The notes beneath the pieces are model-generated. The model made no database searches and was not told the origin of the DNA. It was given only the letters and a program-made list of their open reading frames with translations. From contig JAUSEK010000019.1 in assembly GCA_030650275.1 (NCBI GenBank), forward strand, positions 144 to 64,143: a DNA stretch of 64,000 bases, written 5' to 3'. The stretch comes from Candidatus Omnitrophota bacterium. GTDB lineage: Bacteria; Omnitrophota; Gorgyraeia; Zapsychrales; Fredricksoniimonadaceae. The stretch's first letter is position 1; each line of letters opens with the position of its first letter. This document shows positions 1-10,237 of the stretch, one piece after another. Position numbers and translations under genes: made by a program.

Positions 1-1
1 G

Positions 2-3000
2 CTGGCCACCAATCCTTATGGCGATGCGCGCACCAAGGTGCTGGTTTTCCATGCCGAGATCCAGCAAAGGCCGTCGCATAATGAATTTTTGGGCACGGGC
101 GGGTCGCTGTATTTCCTTAAACACAAGGAGATCATCCAGGGCAGCGACAAGATCCGTTTGGAGGTGAGGGACAGGGTCACGGGTCTTCCCATCGGCAGCA
201 AGGTCATGAAAAACGGCGCGGACTATGAACTCGACGAGGGCGAAGGCAGGATCCTGTTCTGGCAGCCGGTCTCCATGATCGTCAAGGCGGAGTCCATCGT
301 CTCTGACGGGCTTTTGGAAGGCAATCCTGTTTACGTGGTCACGGATTATGAATACGCGGTCAAGGACAAACTGACTGAATCCAGCGAGGGTGGGCGCGTC
401 GCTCAAGCCGTGGGGGACAATGTTGTTGTGGGCGGCACCTATGTCAGGGAAACCCAGGCCGATAAGAATTATGAATTAAAAGGCGCGGACGTGACCGTCC
501 ATCTCGGGCCTGACGCGACCGTGAAAGCCGAGACCGCGCAGACCAGCGCGTCGAGCACCAGTTCATTCGTTTCCACCGACGGCGGCATCACGTTCACGAC
601 ATTGTCCACGGGCAACCTGGAAACCGGTTTGGCCTACGGCATCAAGGGCGACGCGCGCCTCTTTGACCGGCTGGGCTTAAGCAGTTATTACAAATGGATC
701 AGCAATGACTTTGCCACGACGGATTCCAGTTCACAGCAGGGCAAAGAATTGACCGGCATGACATTGACCTTTGACCTGACGCCGGTGACGCGTTTGACCG
801 CCCGTCGGGACATCCAGCGGCTTATGCAAAACAGCAACTTGCAGACCCAGGCGCAGGTCGGGGCCACGGAAACATCGACGACCATGGTGCAGATCGTGCA
901 TGAGGCCCAGCGCTTGAAACTGACCGGCGAATACCAGTTGACGCAGGTCAGAGAAAAGAAAGACGGGTTTGAAACAGCCACTAATCAGGAGCAGGCCGTT
1001 GTCGCGGGTAAGGCTGAATATTCGCTCACCGACCGCGTTGATGTGTTCTTGACCCAGCAGCTGGATATCAAGGACGCGTCCAAAGCCGTGACCACCGCCG
1101 GAGCGCAGGCGCGCCTCACGGACAAACTCACGCTGCGCGGCCAGGAGGCCTTCAGCAAGGAAGGCACGGCCATCAGCGCGGGACTGACGGCCAATGTGAC
1201 AGAGAAGCTGGCCCTTTCCTCCGATTATACGATCGCCCGCATGAACACAGGGGGAGTTGACAGGACCATGACCATCGGCGCCGAGCAGAAGGTCAATGAC
1301 AATATTTTTGCCTCCGGTTCAGTCGCAATGACGGAGTCCTCGACGGGGGACAAAACCACAACCGGTTCTCTGGGGACAAAGATGAAATTGTCCGACGCCA
1401 CATCATTGCAAGCGGCCATCGGCCAGACCCAGGCGGGCGGGGCCCAAGCCAAGAACGTGGCCTCTTTGCAGGCGACCACCCAGGTGGACAAGGATTCAAC
1501 GCTGTCCACCGCCTATCAGGTCAGCGGTGATGCCGCGACGGGGCAGACCAAGTCCCTCATCGTGGATGCCAGCCGCAAAGTGGATGACAAGACCTCCAGT
1601 TCTTCCAAGATGCAGGTGGATGAGGGCGCCGCGGGAGGCAAAACCACGACGCTGTCCTTCACCGATACCACAAAGATCAATGACCAGTTGCAGGCCGTGT
1701 CCGAGCGCACCTTCGGGATCGGGACCACCGGCATACAGCAGAATGCCAAATATGCCATCGTCCGCGACAAAGACGGCAAGAAACTGGAAGGCAGTTTGAC
1801 CCGCCAGCTTTCCCAGGACCAGACCGCCGTCACGCAATCGAATATTTTCGGCCTGTCGGGCGACGTCAACGACAGGGTGGCTTTGCTGGGCACCATTGAA
1901 AAAGGCCGTGTCCAGAACCTCGACGGGACGAGCACCAACCGCAGTGCGTTCACGCTGGGTACGGGATACGTGCTCAAGGACGTTGAAACGGCCGTCGAGC
2001 GCCTGACGAATTCCGCCAAGGTCGAACTGCGCCTGGACAATGGCGTTGAAAACAAACGCCAGTTTGTTTTTTATAACGCCCTGGAGGGCAAGCTCACGGA
2101 CAATCTCTCGGCGTCCGCCAAACTCCAGTATGACATCACCCAAAACATGACCACCAGGCAGGTTGAGGCCAGGCACAAGGAAATTATCCTCGGCACCGCG
2201 TACCGGCCCGTTAATTTTGACCGGTTGAACCTCATCGCCCAATATACGTATAAGGAAAATGTCGGCCCGTCGGGGCAGGTGAACGAGGCCGCCACGGATG
2301 TGACAGCCACCCGCGCGCAGGTTTTCTCCGGCGAAGCGGTGTATGATGTGGACGAGAACTGGCAGTTGGCCGAGAAATTCGCCCTGCGCATCAACGAGGA
2401 GAAGGTCACCGGTTTTGAGTTCAACAAGACGCACACCTGGCTTATGATCCACCGCATCAATTACCGCGTGGACCGCAACTGGCAGGTCAGCGGCGAATAC
2501 AGGCGGCTGACGCAGGCGGAGGCGAAGGACAGCAAGCAGGGCTTCCTGCTGGAAGCCACCCGCAACATCAACGACAACGCCCAGTTGGGGATCGGGTGGA
2601 ACTTCACCAATTTCAGCGACGATCTGACGTCGCTGAGTTATACATCCCAGGGGCCGTTCTTGCGCATGACCGGCAAGATGTATGACCGCACGCCGCAAGA
2701 AAAAGCGCGCGCCCGCGCCAAGTGGCTGGATGACCGGATCACGGAGTGGTCGTGGATCATGGTCAAAAAGGAATTGGCCAAACCCGGCAGCAAGGTCACC
2801 GCGGAACTCAATAATATGTTCGTCCTGGCCCAACAGGCGCAGAAAGCCGGCCGTTATGAGGAATCCAGACAGATCTATAAAGATGTGATCATGGCCGGAC
2901 AGATGATGTTTGATGAGGCCTCGCAGTATATCCGTTCCAAGATCGCTTTTGAGGAGAAATTGGAGGAATACAACAAGGCCGCGCAGGAGTATTTCAAAGG

Positions 3001-3073
3001 CGGCGAATATATCAAGGCCCGTAAATTATGGGAGAAAATAGTGGAAGACGCCCAAAAGCGTGTGATACAATAA
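2..3073 (+). CDS. Large beta-strand-rich outer-membrane protein, 5'-truncated by window edge, with C-terminal helical (TPR-like) extension
   Basis: Frame open from position 2; many amphipathic beta-strand patterns ending ...GWNFTNFSDDLT...GPFLRMTGK, followed by a ~130 aa helical tail. Confidence 0.6.
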   Translation: MATNPYGDARTKVLVFHAEIQQRPSHNEFLGTGGSLYFLKHKEIIQGSDKIRLEVRDRVTGLPIGSKVMKNGADYELDEGEGRILFWQPVSMIVKAESIVSDGLLEGNPVYVVTDYEYAVKDKLTESSEGGRVAQAVGDNVVVGGTYVRETQADKNYELKGADVTVHLGPDATVKAETAQTSASSTSSFVSTDGGITFTTLSTGNLETGLAYGIKGDARLFDRLGLSSYYKWISNDFATTDSSSQQGKELTGMTLTFDLTPVTRLTARRDIQRLMQNSNLQTQAQVGATETSTTMVQIVHEAQRLKLTGEYQLTQVREKKDGFETATNQEQAVVAGKAEYSLTDRVDVFLTQQLDIKDASKAVTTAGAQARLTDKLTLRGQEAFSKEGTAISAGLTANVTEKLALSSDYTIARMNTGGVDRTMTIGAEQKVNDNIFASGSVAMTESSTGDKTTTGSLGTKMKLSDATSLQAAIGQTQAGGAQAKNVASLQATTQVDKDSTLSTAYQVSGDAATGQTKSLIVDASRKVDDKTSSSSKMQVDEGAAGGKTTTLSFTDTTKINDQLQAVSERTFGIGTTGIQQNAKYAIVRDKDGKKLEGSLTRQLSQDQTAVTQSNIFGLSGDVNDRVALLGTIEKGRVQNLDGTSTNRSAFTLGTGYVLKDVETAVERLTNSAKVELRLDNGVENKRQFVFYNALEGKLTDNLSASAKLQYDITQNMTTRQVEARHKEIILGTAYRPVNFDRLNLIAQYTYKENVGPSGQVNEAATDVTATRAQVFSGEAVYDVDENWQLAEKFALRINEEKVTGFEFNKTHTWLMIHRINYRVDRNWQVSGEYRRLTQAEAKDSKQGFLLEATRNINDNAQLGIGWNFTNFSDDLTSLSYTSQGPFLRMTGKMYDRTPQEKARARAKWLDDRITEWSWIMVKKELAKPGSKVTAELNNMFVLAQQAQKAGRYEESRQIYKDVIMAGQMMFDEASQYIRSKIAFEEKLEEYNKAAQEYFKGGEYIKARKLWEKIVEDAQKRVIQ

Positions 3074-3081
3074 TTAAAATT

Positions 3082-6000
3082 ATGCGTTTTATCTCTATAT
3101 TATTTTTTATAAGTATCGGCCATTTTGTATGGGCCGAGGAGCCGCGCTCTGCTTTGGACAATACCCCTTCTGTGGAGACCGCGGCGGTCCCGGCTTCCAA
3201 GGCCGCAACTCCCGGAATAACTCCTGGCGCATCCGCCCCTGCCATCCAGGAACAGGCTCCGTCCAGTTACGTTTACGATCTTAAGAAACTCATCATCCAG
3301 TCCCGCGAAAATATCAAGCGCGTCAACGCAAAGATCAAAGACCAGGCCGTCATCAAGCGCAACCAGAAGCGTGAAGAACGGGCCAGGGAATATTATCAGC
3401 GCGGGATGCAATTGACCGACGAGGGAAAACTCGACGAAGCGCGTGAGTATTTTGAAAAGGCCGTGCGCATCACCGATCATCCTGAAATGATCGGCTATAT
3501 TAAGGAAAGCGAACGGCGGTTGAAACTGCAGGAACAGGCGATCAAGCACCAAGAGGTGCAGTACCTCAAACAGGAACAACAGGACGAGCGTTCCAAACAG
3601 GAGGACGCCCAGAACGCCTACCGGGAGGCCGTGGCCCTTTATAAAGAGAAAAAATATCAAGCCGCCAAAGACCAGTTTGAACATATTGATGCGCTGCTGC
3701 CCGATTACAAGGCCGTGCGCAGTTATCTGCGCATCCTGGACCAGGACATCATTGGGCAGGAAGCCCTGAATATCAAACAACAAAAGGTGGAGATCGAGCG
3801 CCAGAACAAGGAAGCCGAGATCGCCCGTGCGCGCGAGAAGGAGGTCTGGCGCCAGGAGATCGACCGCAAGGAAAAGGAACGCAAAGTCCAGGTCAACCAG
3901 CAGGCCGACAAGGTCTATAACGAAGCCGTCGCGCTTTATAAGGACAGGAAGTTTGCCGCGGCCAAAGAGAAATTTCAGGAAGTCGAATGGGTGGTCCCTG
4001 ATTACAAGGCCGGCCGGAATTATTTAAAGAACATTGATAAGGACATTGCCGACGAAGAAAAACGAACGGCTGTGCAGAGAGAAAAGGACCTGGAAAAACA
4101 GAAGTGGGAAGAAGAGGTCGCGCGCAAGAAAGAAGAGACCCAGCTCAAAGAGATCGAGGGGCAAAGGGAGAAAGAGCACCGCAAGCAGTTGGAAGAAGAG
4201 GCCCAGTTTGTTTATCAGGCAGCCCTGACATTATTTGACAAGGGGCTTTTGGACGAGGCTTTGGAGAAATTCAATGACATTGAGAAAACAGCGCCCGGTT
4301 TTAAGTCAACGCGTATTTATATCGCCAAGGTCGCGCAATTGAAAGAGAAGGAAAAACGGCGTCAGGACGAAGCGGCGGCCCAACAGGCACGTCAGAAGGT
4401 CCTCACCGATGAGAAAGCCAAACGGGACGCCGAAGAAGCCCAGCGCCGTCAATCGGCCCAGGACAAGGCGGCGAAAGAGAAGAAGGACCACGAAGCGCCT
4501 TTGGCGAAAAAACGCGCTGAATTGGAAGAGACCAGACGCCGCACACAGGAGGCCCAGCGGTCGTATGATGAGGGTATTGCTTTATACCGTCAAAAACAAT
4601 TTTTGCCTGCGAAAGAAAAATTTATGGCCGTGGCCAAAATTTTTCCGGATTTCAAGGACGCCAAAGAATATCTGAAGAAATCAGACGCGCAAGCTGTTGT
4701 CATTGTCTTACAACCGCCTCCCAAGCCGGCACGGCCTCCCAAGCCGGTACAGGTTCCCAAGCCCCAGCAGAATGCATCCAAAGAAGAACAGATGAAAGAG
4801 GCCCGGACCATCGCGGAATTGGCCCAGAGGTCCGCGGCGTTATATAAACAGATCTCCGCTTTGACCAGTGACCGCTATACCGTTACTGCCAAACGTAAAC
4901 TATCCAAGGTGGAAGACGTTTTAAACGGCCTTAAAGCGCAGAAAGAACATTTGTTGCGCCAGATGCGTGAGGAAGAAGAGCGCGCCCATCGCGCCCAGGT
5001 CGCGCAAGTGTACGATGAGGGCATCGTTGCTTTGAGGAACCATGATTTTGACGGGGCCAGGACCAAATTCCTGGAATTGGAAAATACGTCGCCGGATTAC
5101 AAGGCCACCCGTTCGTATTTGCAGCGGATCGAACAGGACAGGGAGCGCGCCGGACAGCAGGCGGTCCTGGAACGCACCCGGGCGGAAGAGACGCGTGCCA
5201 AGGAACTTGAGGAAAAACAACGGCGGGAAGAAACCGCGCGCGCGGCCGCTGAAGAAGACCGCAAACGCCAGTTGCGTCAGGCGCAGGAAGAAGAGATCCG
5301 TGGTTTTGCGGAGAAGGCCGCCATCCTTAATGATGATATCCTTAGGCTTGCCAAGGAACACAATTTTGACGAGGCCAAGGCCAAATTTGAAGAATTAGAG
5401 AAAGTGGTGGTTTCTTTAAAAGCCACCAAGGAAGCCATGGAATCAGGCCAGGCCAAAGAACAAGAAGCAAAGAAGCTGGCCCAGGACACACACCAGCTCA
5501 AAGAGACCCGGAAAACCGCGCGGGAAAAAGAACAGGCGCGTCAGAAAAAATTGATCAATGCCCTTGAGGTCCAGAAGAAAGAGATGGAAGGCCAGCGTCG
5601 GCAGGAGCGTTTGAATCCGAAGGAAGAGCTGACCCCCAAAGAGAGCCAGGAACGGATCGATCTTTCCAATAAGCGCAAGAAATATTTGGAGCGGGAAGAA
5701 CAGCGCAAGCAGGAAATGGAGCGCCGCCGTCAGGAAGCCGAACGCCTGGAGCGCGAACGTCAGGGGAGGTCTTCGGATGCCCCCAAAGCCGGTCAGATGC
5801 AAAAGAAACTGGAGGCCGAACGCGCCGTTTTGCGCAAACAGCTGGAAGACGGGGTGGAGGCCTTATACCAGGAAGCCATAGTTTTGTATAAAGCGGGCAA
5901 ATACATCGACGCTATCGAGAGATTCAATGATGTGCAGGATATTATCCCTGATTACAAACAATCCAAAGACCTTATGAAAAAAGCCATACAATTTTCAGTA

Positions 6001-6084
6001 AAGCCCCAGGAAAATATTCCCGGCGTGTCCCGCAATAAAGCCGTCAAAAACGCCCTCGACCGTTTCGAACCCAATGTCCGTTAA
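3082..6084 (+). CDS. Secreted protein with dispersed TPR-like units and E/K/R/Q-rich helical linkers
   Basis: Signal peptide [18 protein letters not shown]; repeated A..LY..K.Y..AK..F......PDYK...YL motif. Confidence 0.75.
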   Translation: MRFISILFFISIGHFVWAEEPRSALDNTPSVETAAVPASKAATPGITPGASAPAIQEQAPSSYVYDLKKLIIQSRENIKRVNAKIKDQAVIKRNQKREERAREYYQRGMQLTDEGKLDEAREYFEKAVRITDHPEMIGYIKESERRLKLQEQAIKHQEVQYLKQEQQDERSKQEDAQNAYREAVALYKEKKYQAAKDQFEHIDALLPDYKAVRSYLRILDQDIIGQEALNIKQQKVEIERQNKEAEIARAREKEVWRQEIDRKEKERKVQVNQQADKVYNEAVALYKDRKFAAAKEKFQEVEWVVPDYKAGRNYLKNIDKDIADEEKRTAVQREKDLEKQKWEEEVARKKEETQLKEIEGQREKEHRKQLEEEAQFVYQAALTLFDKGLLDEALEKFNDIEKTAPGFKSTRIYIAKVAQLKEKEKRRQDEAAAQQARQKVLTDEKAKRDAEEAQRRQSAQDKAAKEKKDHEAPLAKKRAELEETRRRTQEAQRSYDEGIALYRQKQFLPAKEKFMAVAKIFPDFKDAKEYLKKSDAQAVVIVLQPPPKPARPPKPVQVPKPQQNASKEEQMKEARTIAELAQRSAALYKQISALTSDRYTVTAKRKLSKVEDVLNGLKAQKEHLLRQMREEEERAHRAQVAQVYDEGIVALRNHDFDGARTKFLELENTSPDYKATRSYLQRIEQDRERAGQQAVLERTRAEETRAKELEEKQRREETARAAAEEDRKRQLRQAQEEEIRGFAEKAAILNDDILRLAKEHNFDEAKAKFEELEKVVVSLKATKEAMESGQAKEQEAKKLAQDTHQLKETRKTAREKEQARQKKLINALEVQKKEMEGQRRQERLNPKEELTPKESQERIDLSNKRKKYLEREEQRKQEMERRRQEAERLERERQGRSSDAPKAGQMQKKLEAERAVLRKQLEDGVEALYQEAIVLYKAGKYIDAIERFNDVQDIIPDYKQSKDLMKKAIQFSVKPQENIPGVSRNKAVKNALDRFEPNVR

Positions 6085-8125
6085 TCGGCTTGGAGCTGAA
6101 CAAAGTCCGTATCTGCTCCAGCACTCTAATAACCCGGTGTTCTGGTATCCATGGGGCCCGCAGGCCTTTGCCGCGGCTGTTGGCGCGGACAAGCCCATCC
6201 TTTTATCCATCGGATATTCCACCTGCCATTGGTGCCATGTCATGGCGCATGAGTCCTTTGAAAATGAAGATATCGCGAATGTCCTCAATGACCATTTTAT
6301 AGCGGTCAAGGTGGACCGCGAAGAGCGGCCGGATGTGGACCATGTGTATATGGCGGCCGTTGTTGCCATGACCGGACAGGGCGGATGGCCGCTGACGGTA
6401 TTTTTGACCCCCGACGGGAAACCATTTTACGGGGGCACGTATTTTCCTCCTTATGCCCAAAGCGGGTCACAGGGGTTTAAAGATATCCTGCTGTCCGTTG
6501 CCGATGCCTGGCGCAACAACCGTGAGGGCATCTTATCGTCTTCGGATGAGATCACACGATCGTTGAACGTAGGGGCACGGCATGCCGTGCCCCTACAGGA
6601 TGAATTATCGGGATCGGTACTGGATGCGGCATTCCGCCAGATGTCCGCCCATTTTGACGCGGCCAACGGCGGTTTCGGTTCCAGCCCCAAATTTCCCATG
6701 CCGCACGGACTTGGGTTCTTATTGCGCCATCATCACCGCACTAAGGATCAAAAGGCGCTGGTCATGGTCGAACAGACGCTCGCGGCCATGGCCCGCGGCG
6801 GGATCTGGGACCATATCGGTTTCGGTTTTCATCGTTATTCGACGGATGCCCGATGGCATGTCCCGCATTTTGAGAAAATGCTTTATGACCAGGCCCTTTT
6901 GGCCCGCGTTTATCTGGAGGCGTTCCAGGTCACGGGTCAAAAAACATACGCTGATATTGCCGAAAATATTTTTACTTATGTTTTAAGGGACATGCGTCAG
7001 CCCGAAGGCGGTTTTTATTGCGCTGAAGATGCAGATAGCCCTGTAGGGGCGATTCCTGCCTGCCGGCAGGCAGGAATAATCGCCCATACAATCAATAAGG
7101 AAGGCGCATTCTACGTCTGGACCCACAAAGAGATCATTGAAATTCTGGGCCCCAAAGAGGCAGATGCATTTTGCGCGTGGTATGGCGTCAAGCCCGACGG
7201 CAACGCGGCCTTCGATCCCCACGGTGAGTTTGTCGGCAAGAATATTCTTTTTCTTTCCAAAGATCCCGAGGATGAACACATGGCGACCCTTTGCCGTCAA
7301 CAGCTGTTTGAACGTCGGCAGACGCGTCCGCGGCCGCATTTGGATGATAAGGTCATCGTTGACTGGAACGGGCTTATGATCTCTGCTCTGGCTTTCGGCG
7401 GGCGCGTTTTGGGCAAAGAGCGATACGTGGATGCTGCCCGGGCAGCTGCTGATTTCATTTTATCCCATCTCGTGGATGATGGACGGCTTGTCCATCGCTG
7501 GAGACAGGGACAGGCGGGGATCCCGGCCACGCTGGAGGACTATGCGTTTTTTATGACAGGTCTCATTGACTTGTATGAGGCGTCTTTTGAGGGAAAATAT
7601 CTGGAGCAAGCCAGACGTTTGGCCCGTGTGATGCAGGAATTGTTTGAAGATGATGTTAACGGCGGTTTTTACATGACCGCCCGCGATGCCCAAACCCTGA
7701 TCACGCGGCCCAAAGAGATCTACGACGGGGCCATCCCGTCGGGTAATTCAGCGTCGGCGCTGGCCTTGCTGCGTTTGCACGCGTTGACCGGCGAAGAGGG
7801 GTTTTACGCAAGCGCATCGCGCATCTTCGCGTGTTTTTCCGGCGCTATCAGCCAGGCGCCGTCTGCTTACACACTGGCCCTGTGCGCTTATGATTTTTAC
7901 CGCGAGGGAGCGACACAGGTGGTGTTGTCAGGGCCGCCCGGCGAAGCCATTGCCAAAATGACGAAAGTGTTGTATAAACATTTTGTTCCAAATAAGTCCG
8001 TGGTTCACGAAGCAGGGGCGCCAAGGGTCATGGTACGCGTTTGTAAAGGAAGGACATGCCTGACCCCGACGGACGATCCCGCGGTCCTGGAACGCCAGAT
8101 CGGAGATGTTCATGAAGGCCGTTAA
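6074..8125 (+). CDS. YyaL/SSP411-family thioredoxin-domain protein
   Basis: [45 protein letters not shown] motifs. Confidence 0.92.
   Translation: MSVNRLGAEQSPYLLQHSNNPVFWYPWGPQAFAAAVGADKPILLSIGYSTCHWCHVMAHESFENEDIANVLNDHFIAVKVDREERPDVDHVYMAAVVAMTGQGGWPLTVFLTPDGKPFYGGTYFPPYAQSGSQGFKDILLSVADAWRNNREGILSSSDEITRSLNVGARHAVPLQDELSGSVLDAAFRQMSAHFDAANGGFGSSPKFPMPHGLGFLLRHHHRTKDQKALVMVEQTLAAMARGGIWDHIGFGFHRYSTDARWHVPHFEKMLYDQALLARVYLEAFQVTGQKTYADIAENIFTYVLRDMRQPEGGFYCAEDADSPVGAIPACRQAGIIAHTINKEGAFYVWTHKEIIEILGPKEADAFCAWYGVKPDGNAAFDPHGEFVGKNILFLSKDPEDEHMATLCRQQLFERRQTRPRPHLDDKVIVDWNGLMISALAFGGRVLGKERYVDAARAAADFILSHLVDDGRLVHRWRQGQAGIPATLEDYAFFMTGLIDLYEASFEGKYLEQARRLARVMQELFEDDVNGGFYMTARDAQTLITRPKEIYDGAIPSGNSASALALLRLHALTGEEGFYASASRIFACFSGAISQAPSAYTLALCAYDFYREGATQVVLSGPPGEAIAKMTKVLYKHFVPNKSVVHEAGAPRVMVRVCKGRTCLTPTDDPAVLERQIGDVHEGR
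6569..6596. repeat. GTAG-family REP palindrome inserted in frame in the YyaL-family gene
   Basis: Perfect palindrome GTAGGGGCACGGCATGCCGTGCCCCTAC; near-identical intergenic copy at 30646; encodes VGARHAVPL. Confidence 0.9.
7043..7089. repeat. GTAG-family REP with nested CCTGCCTGCCGGCAGGCAGG palindrome, in frame in the YyaL-family gene
   Basis: GTAGGGGCGATT-CCTGCCTGCCGGCAGGCAGG-AATAATCGCCCATAC; encodes [16 protein letters not shown] between DADS and EGAFYVW. Confidence 0.85.
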
Positions 8126-9104
8126 ATTTTTTTTTCTTGCCTTAGGGATCCTTTTCGTTGTCGTTGCCATTGCCGCGTTCATTTTTATCAAAACATTCAA
8201 TGTGAATACGTATTTGCCCCAGATCACCAAAGCCGCCTCCGACGCCTTGGGGCGCGAGGTGAGCATCGCCGCCGCAGGCCTCGATTTTTCCTGGCAGGGG
8301 ATCGCCGTGGATGTTTTTGACATCCGCGTGGCCGGAGAGCCTTCCATTGAGGCGGGCAAAGCCAGCGTGCAGATGGGGCTCATGCCGCTCTTAAGACAGC
8401 GCAAGGTCCATGTCACTCATATCATTATTTCAGACATCAGGGTCAATGCCGGTGATGCACAGACACCTTTGGACATACGGATCCCGAAGCTGGAGGCCCA
8501 TGTCAATGACCTGTCTTTGGATGCCCCTTTGCCTGTCAGCGGGGAGGCGTTCTTTACCGACGGCCGTCTGGAGAATTTCAATGTCCTTAAGGCCGTGCTG
8601 GGTCGTATCAATGTCATTCCCGGCTTGGGAGAACAGATCGAGGGTTTGTTGTCGGAAACGCTCAGGGAAAAATTAGGGGGCGATACCACCGCCCTGGATA
8701 GGGTGCGGGTAAAATTCACGCTCCGCCAGGGGCAAATTTTGATCGATGATGCCGTGGTCCAATCCCCGCTCTTCGAGGCCGGGATCAAAGGCACGGCCGG
8801 TTTTGACGGGAACGTCAGCATGGATGTGTCTTTTTATGCGGCCAAGGACCTGTCGCAGGAGATCACGCGTTTCATTACACCGCTTCAGGGCATTCTGGAC
8901 CAGGACGGGCGTTTATATGTTCCCGGCAAACTCATCGGTCAGGCGCCGAAGGTCCGTTATGTTCCGAACGCCGGCTATCTGGCCAAAAAGATCGTGACCG
9001 GCGAGGGGATCAAGCAGATCAGCCAACAGTTGGAGAAAGTGCTGGATAAGAACCCCGAAGTCAAAGAGATCCTCAACAGTGTCCTTAACGGTATTTTTAA
9101 ATGA
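8112..9104 (+). CDS. AsmA-like protein
   Basis: N-terminal TM followed by F..N.Y...I....S..LGR.V.I; AsmA C-terminal-like G.I.IDD......F...I.G...FDG. Confidence 0.75.
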   Translation: MKAVKFFFLALGILFVVVAIAAFIFIKTFNVNTYLPQITKAASDALGREVSIAAAGLDFSWQGIAVDVFDIRVAGEPSIEAGKASVQMGLMPLLRQRKVHVTHIIISDIRVNAGDAQTPLDIRIPKLEAHVNDLSLDAPLPVSGEAFFTDGRLENFNVLKAVLGRINVIPGLGEQIEGLLSETLREKLGGDTTALDRVRVKFTLRQGQILIDDAVVQSPLFEAGIKGTAGFDGNVSMDVSFYAAKDLSQEITRFITPLQGILDQDGRLYVPGKLIGQAPKVRYVPNAGYLAKKIVTGEGIKQISQQLEKVLDKNPEVKEILNSVLNGIFK

Positions 9105-9208
9105 CCATGACGGGTAAGACAAAATTCAGCGGGGCCGTCGTTGTCGTGGTCATTTTAGCCATGGCGATCGCGTATTATCTGGTTTTTCGTCACGCTGTAA
9201 TTAAGTAG
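9101..9208 (+). CDS. Small single-pass membrane protein (35 aa)
   Basis: ATGA overlap with upstream stop; [35 protein letters not shown]. Confidence 0.5.
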   Translation: MTMTGKTKFSGAVVVVVILAMAIAYYLVFRHAVIK

Positions 9209-9289
9209 CCACCTATTATGGGGACACCCACCGTAACCTTAATTAAAGCGGGGACATGGCCGTAATTAAGGTTACGGTGGGTGTCCCCA
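9199..9289. repeat. Composite inverted-repeat element (27-bp perfect arms 9219-9245 / 9263-9289)
   Basis: TGGGGACACCCACCGTAACCTTAATTA ... TAATTAAGGTTACGGTGGGTGTCCCCA; sub-motifs recur at 22101-22131 and 34439-34477. Confidence 0.85.
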
Positions 9290-9305
9290 GACTGGGTACT
9301 CATTT

Positions 9306-9731
9306 ATGCCTTGTTCCGACAGCACTTCCGGTTTGAATATCACGCTGGACGCCCACGAGCGTTTGGTCAAATTTGAATTCGCCAAGATCACCTGTTCCAG
9401 CGAGATCGCGGGAAATACGGGTTTGTCCAAATTTTGCGCGGGCAAGACCATCCAGGAAATTCTGGATCTGGATTTTTATATGCTGGCTTCCGCGCTTGAC
9501 CTCAACACGGAGGAAGAAAGGCAGTTTATCCTGTATTTGGAACTTGATGCTTTAAAGGCGGGGTTGGCGCAATACCTTGGAGTGGACCATCCGTCGGTGG
9601 ACCGCGAACGCTGCCGCATCACGTCCATTGAATATGCGCCTGATCTTATTGAAATTGCCGAAGTGATCTTACCGCCGAAGGAACTTCCGAAGATCTTGCC
9701 CTGCAGTTTGAAAGACAGGCCCGTGGTTTAG
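9306..9731 (+). CDS. Hypothetical Cys-containing protein, divergent IscU/NifU-N-like
   Basis: PCSD...LNITLD...LVKFEF..ITC.......L..FC.GKTIQEIL resembles the IscU pattern CGD...L.I.V....I.D.KF...GC......L.E...GKT..EA. Confidence 0.5.
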   Translation: MPCSDSTSGLNITLDAHERLVKFEFAKITCSSEIAGNTGLSKFCAGKTIQEILDLDFYMLASALDLNTEEERQFILYLELDALKAGLAQYLGVDHPSVDRERCRITSIEYAPDLIEIAEVILPPKELPKILPCSLKDRPVV

Positions 9732-10228
9732 GTTTCTTTTTTACCCTTGGCCATTAAAATTTTGCCCGTCCGCACCATCTCCACCACACCGTATTTTTTC
9801 GCCATGGCCTCAAATTCGTTCAACTGGGCGGTGGTCCCGGTCTGTTCAATGATGTAATATTTTTCGGAAGAATCATCGATCTTGACGTGGAATTTGCGCG
9901 CGGCCTTGGTGACAAAGGCCTTGACCGCGGGCGACGCCTTCAATTTGACCAGGGACAGTTCTTTTTCAACGCTGTGGGCCATGTCATGTTCGCCGCAATG
10001 GATGACGTCCACCAATTTGCCCGCGTTCTTGATGATCTGGTCCAGGGTTTCCAGGTTTCCCCTGGCCGTGAGGGTCATGCGTGAATATTTCGGGTTGACC
10101 GTGGGGGAGACCACCAGAGAGTCAATGTTATAACCGCGCCGGGCAAAGACCAAAGCGATGCGCACCAGCACTCCGGGCTTATTGGCCACGAGCACGCTGA
10201 TCGTATGGGAAGGGTCGGTATTTTTCAT
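9728..10228 (-). CDS. ilvN: Acetolactate synthase small subunit
   Basis: HTISVLVANKPGVL.RI...F.RRGYNIDSL; EMVRTG. Confidence 0.95.
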   Translation of the reverse strand: MKNTDPSHTISVLVANKPGVLVRIALVFARRGYNIDSLVVSPTVNPKYSRMTLTARGNLETLDQIIKNAGKLVDVIHCGEHDMAHSVEKELSLVKLKASPAVKAFVTKAARKFHVKIDDSSEKYYIIEQTGTTAQLNEFEAMAKKYGVVEMVRTGKILMAKGKKET

Positions 10229-10237
10229 ATTGGTCCC

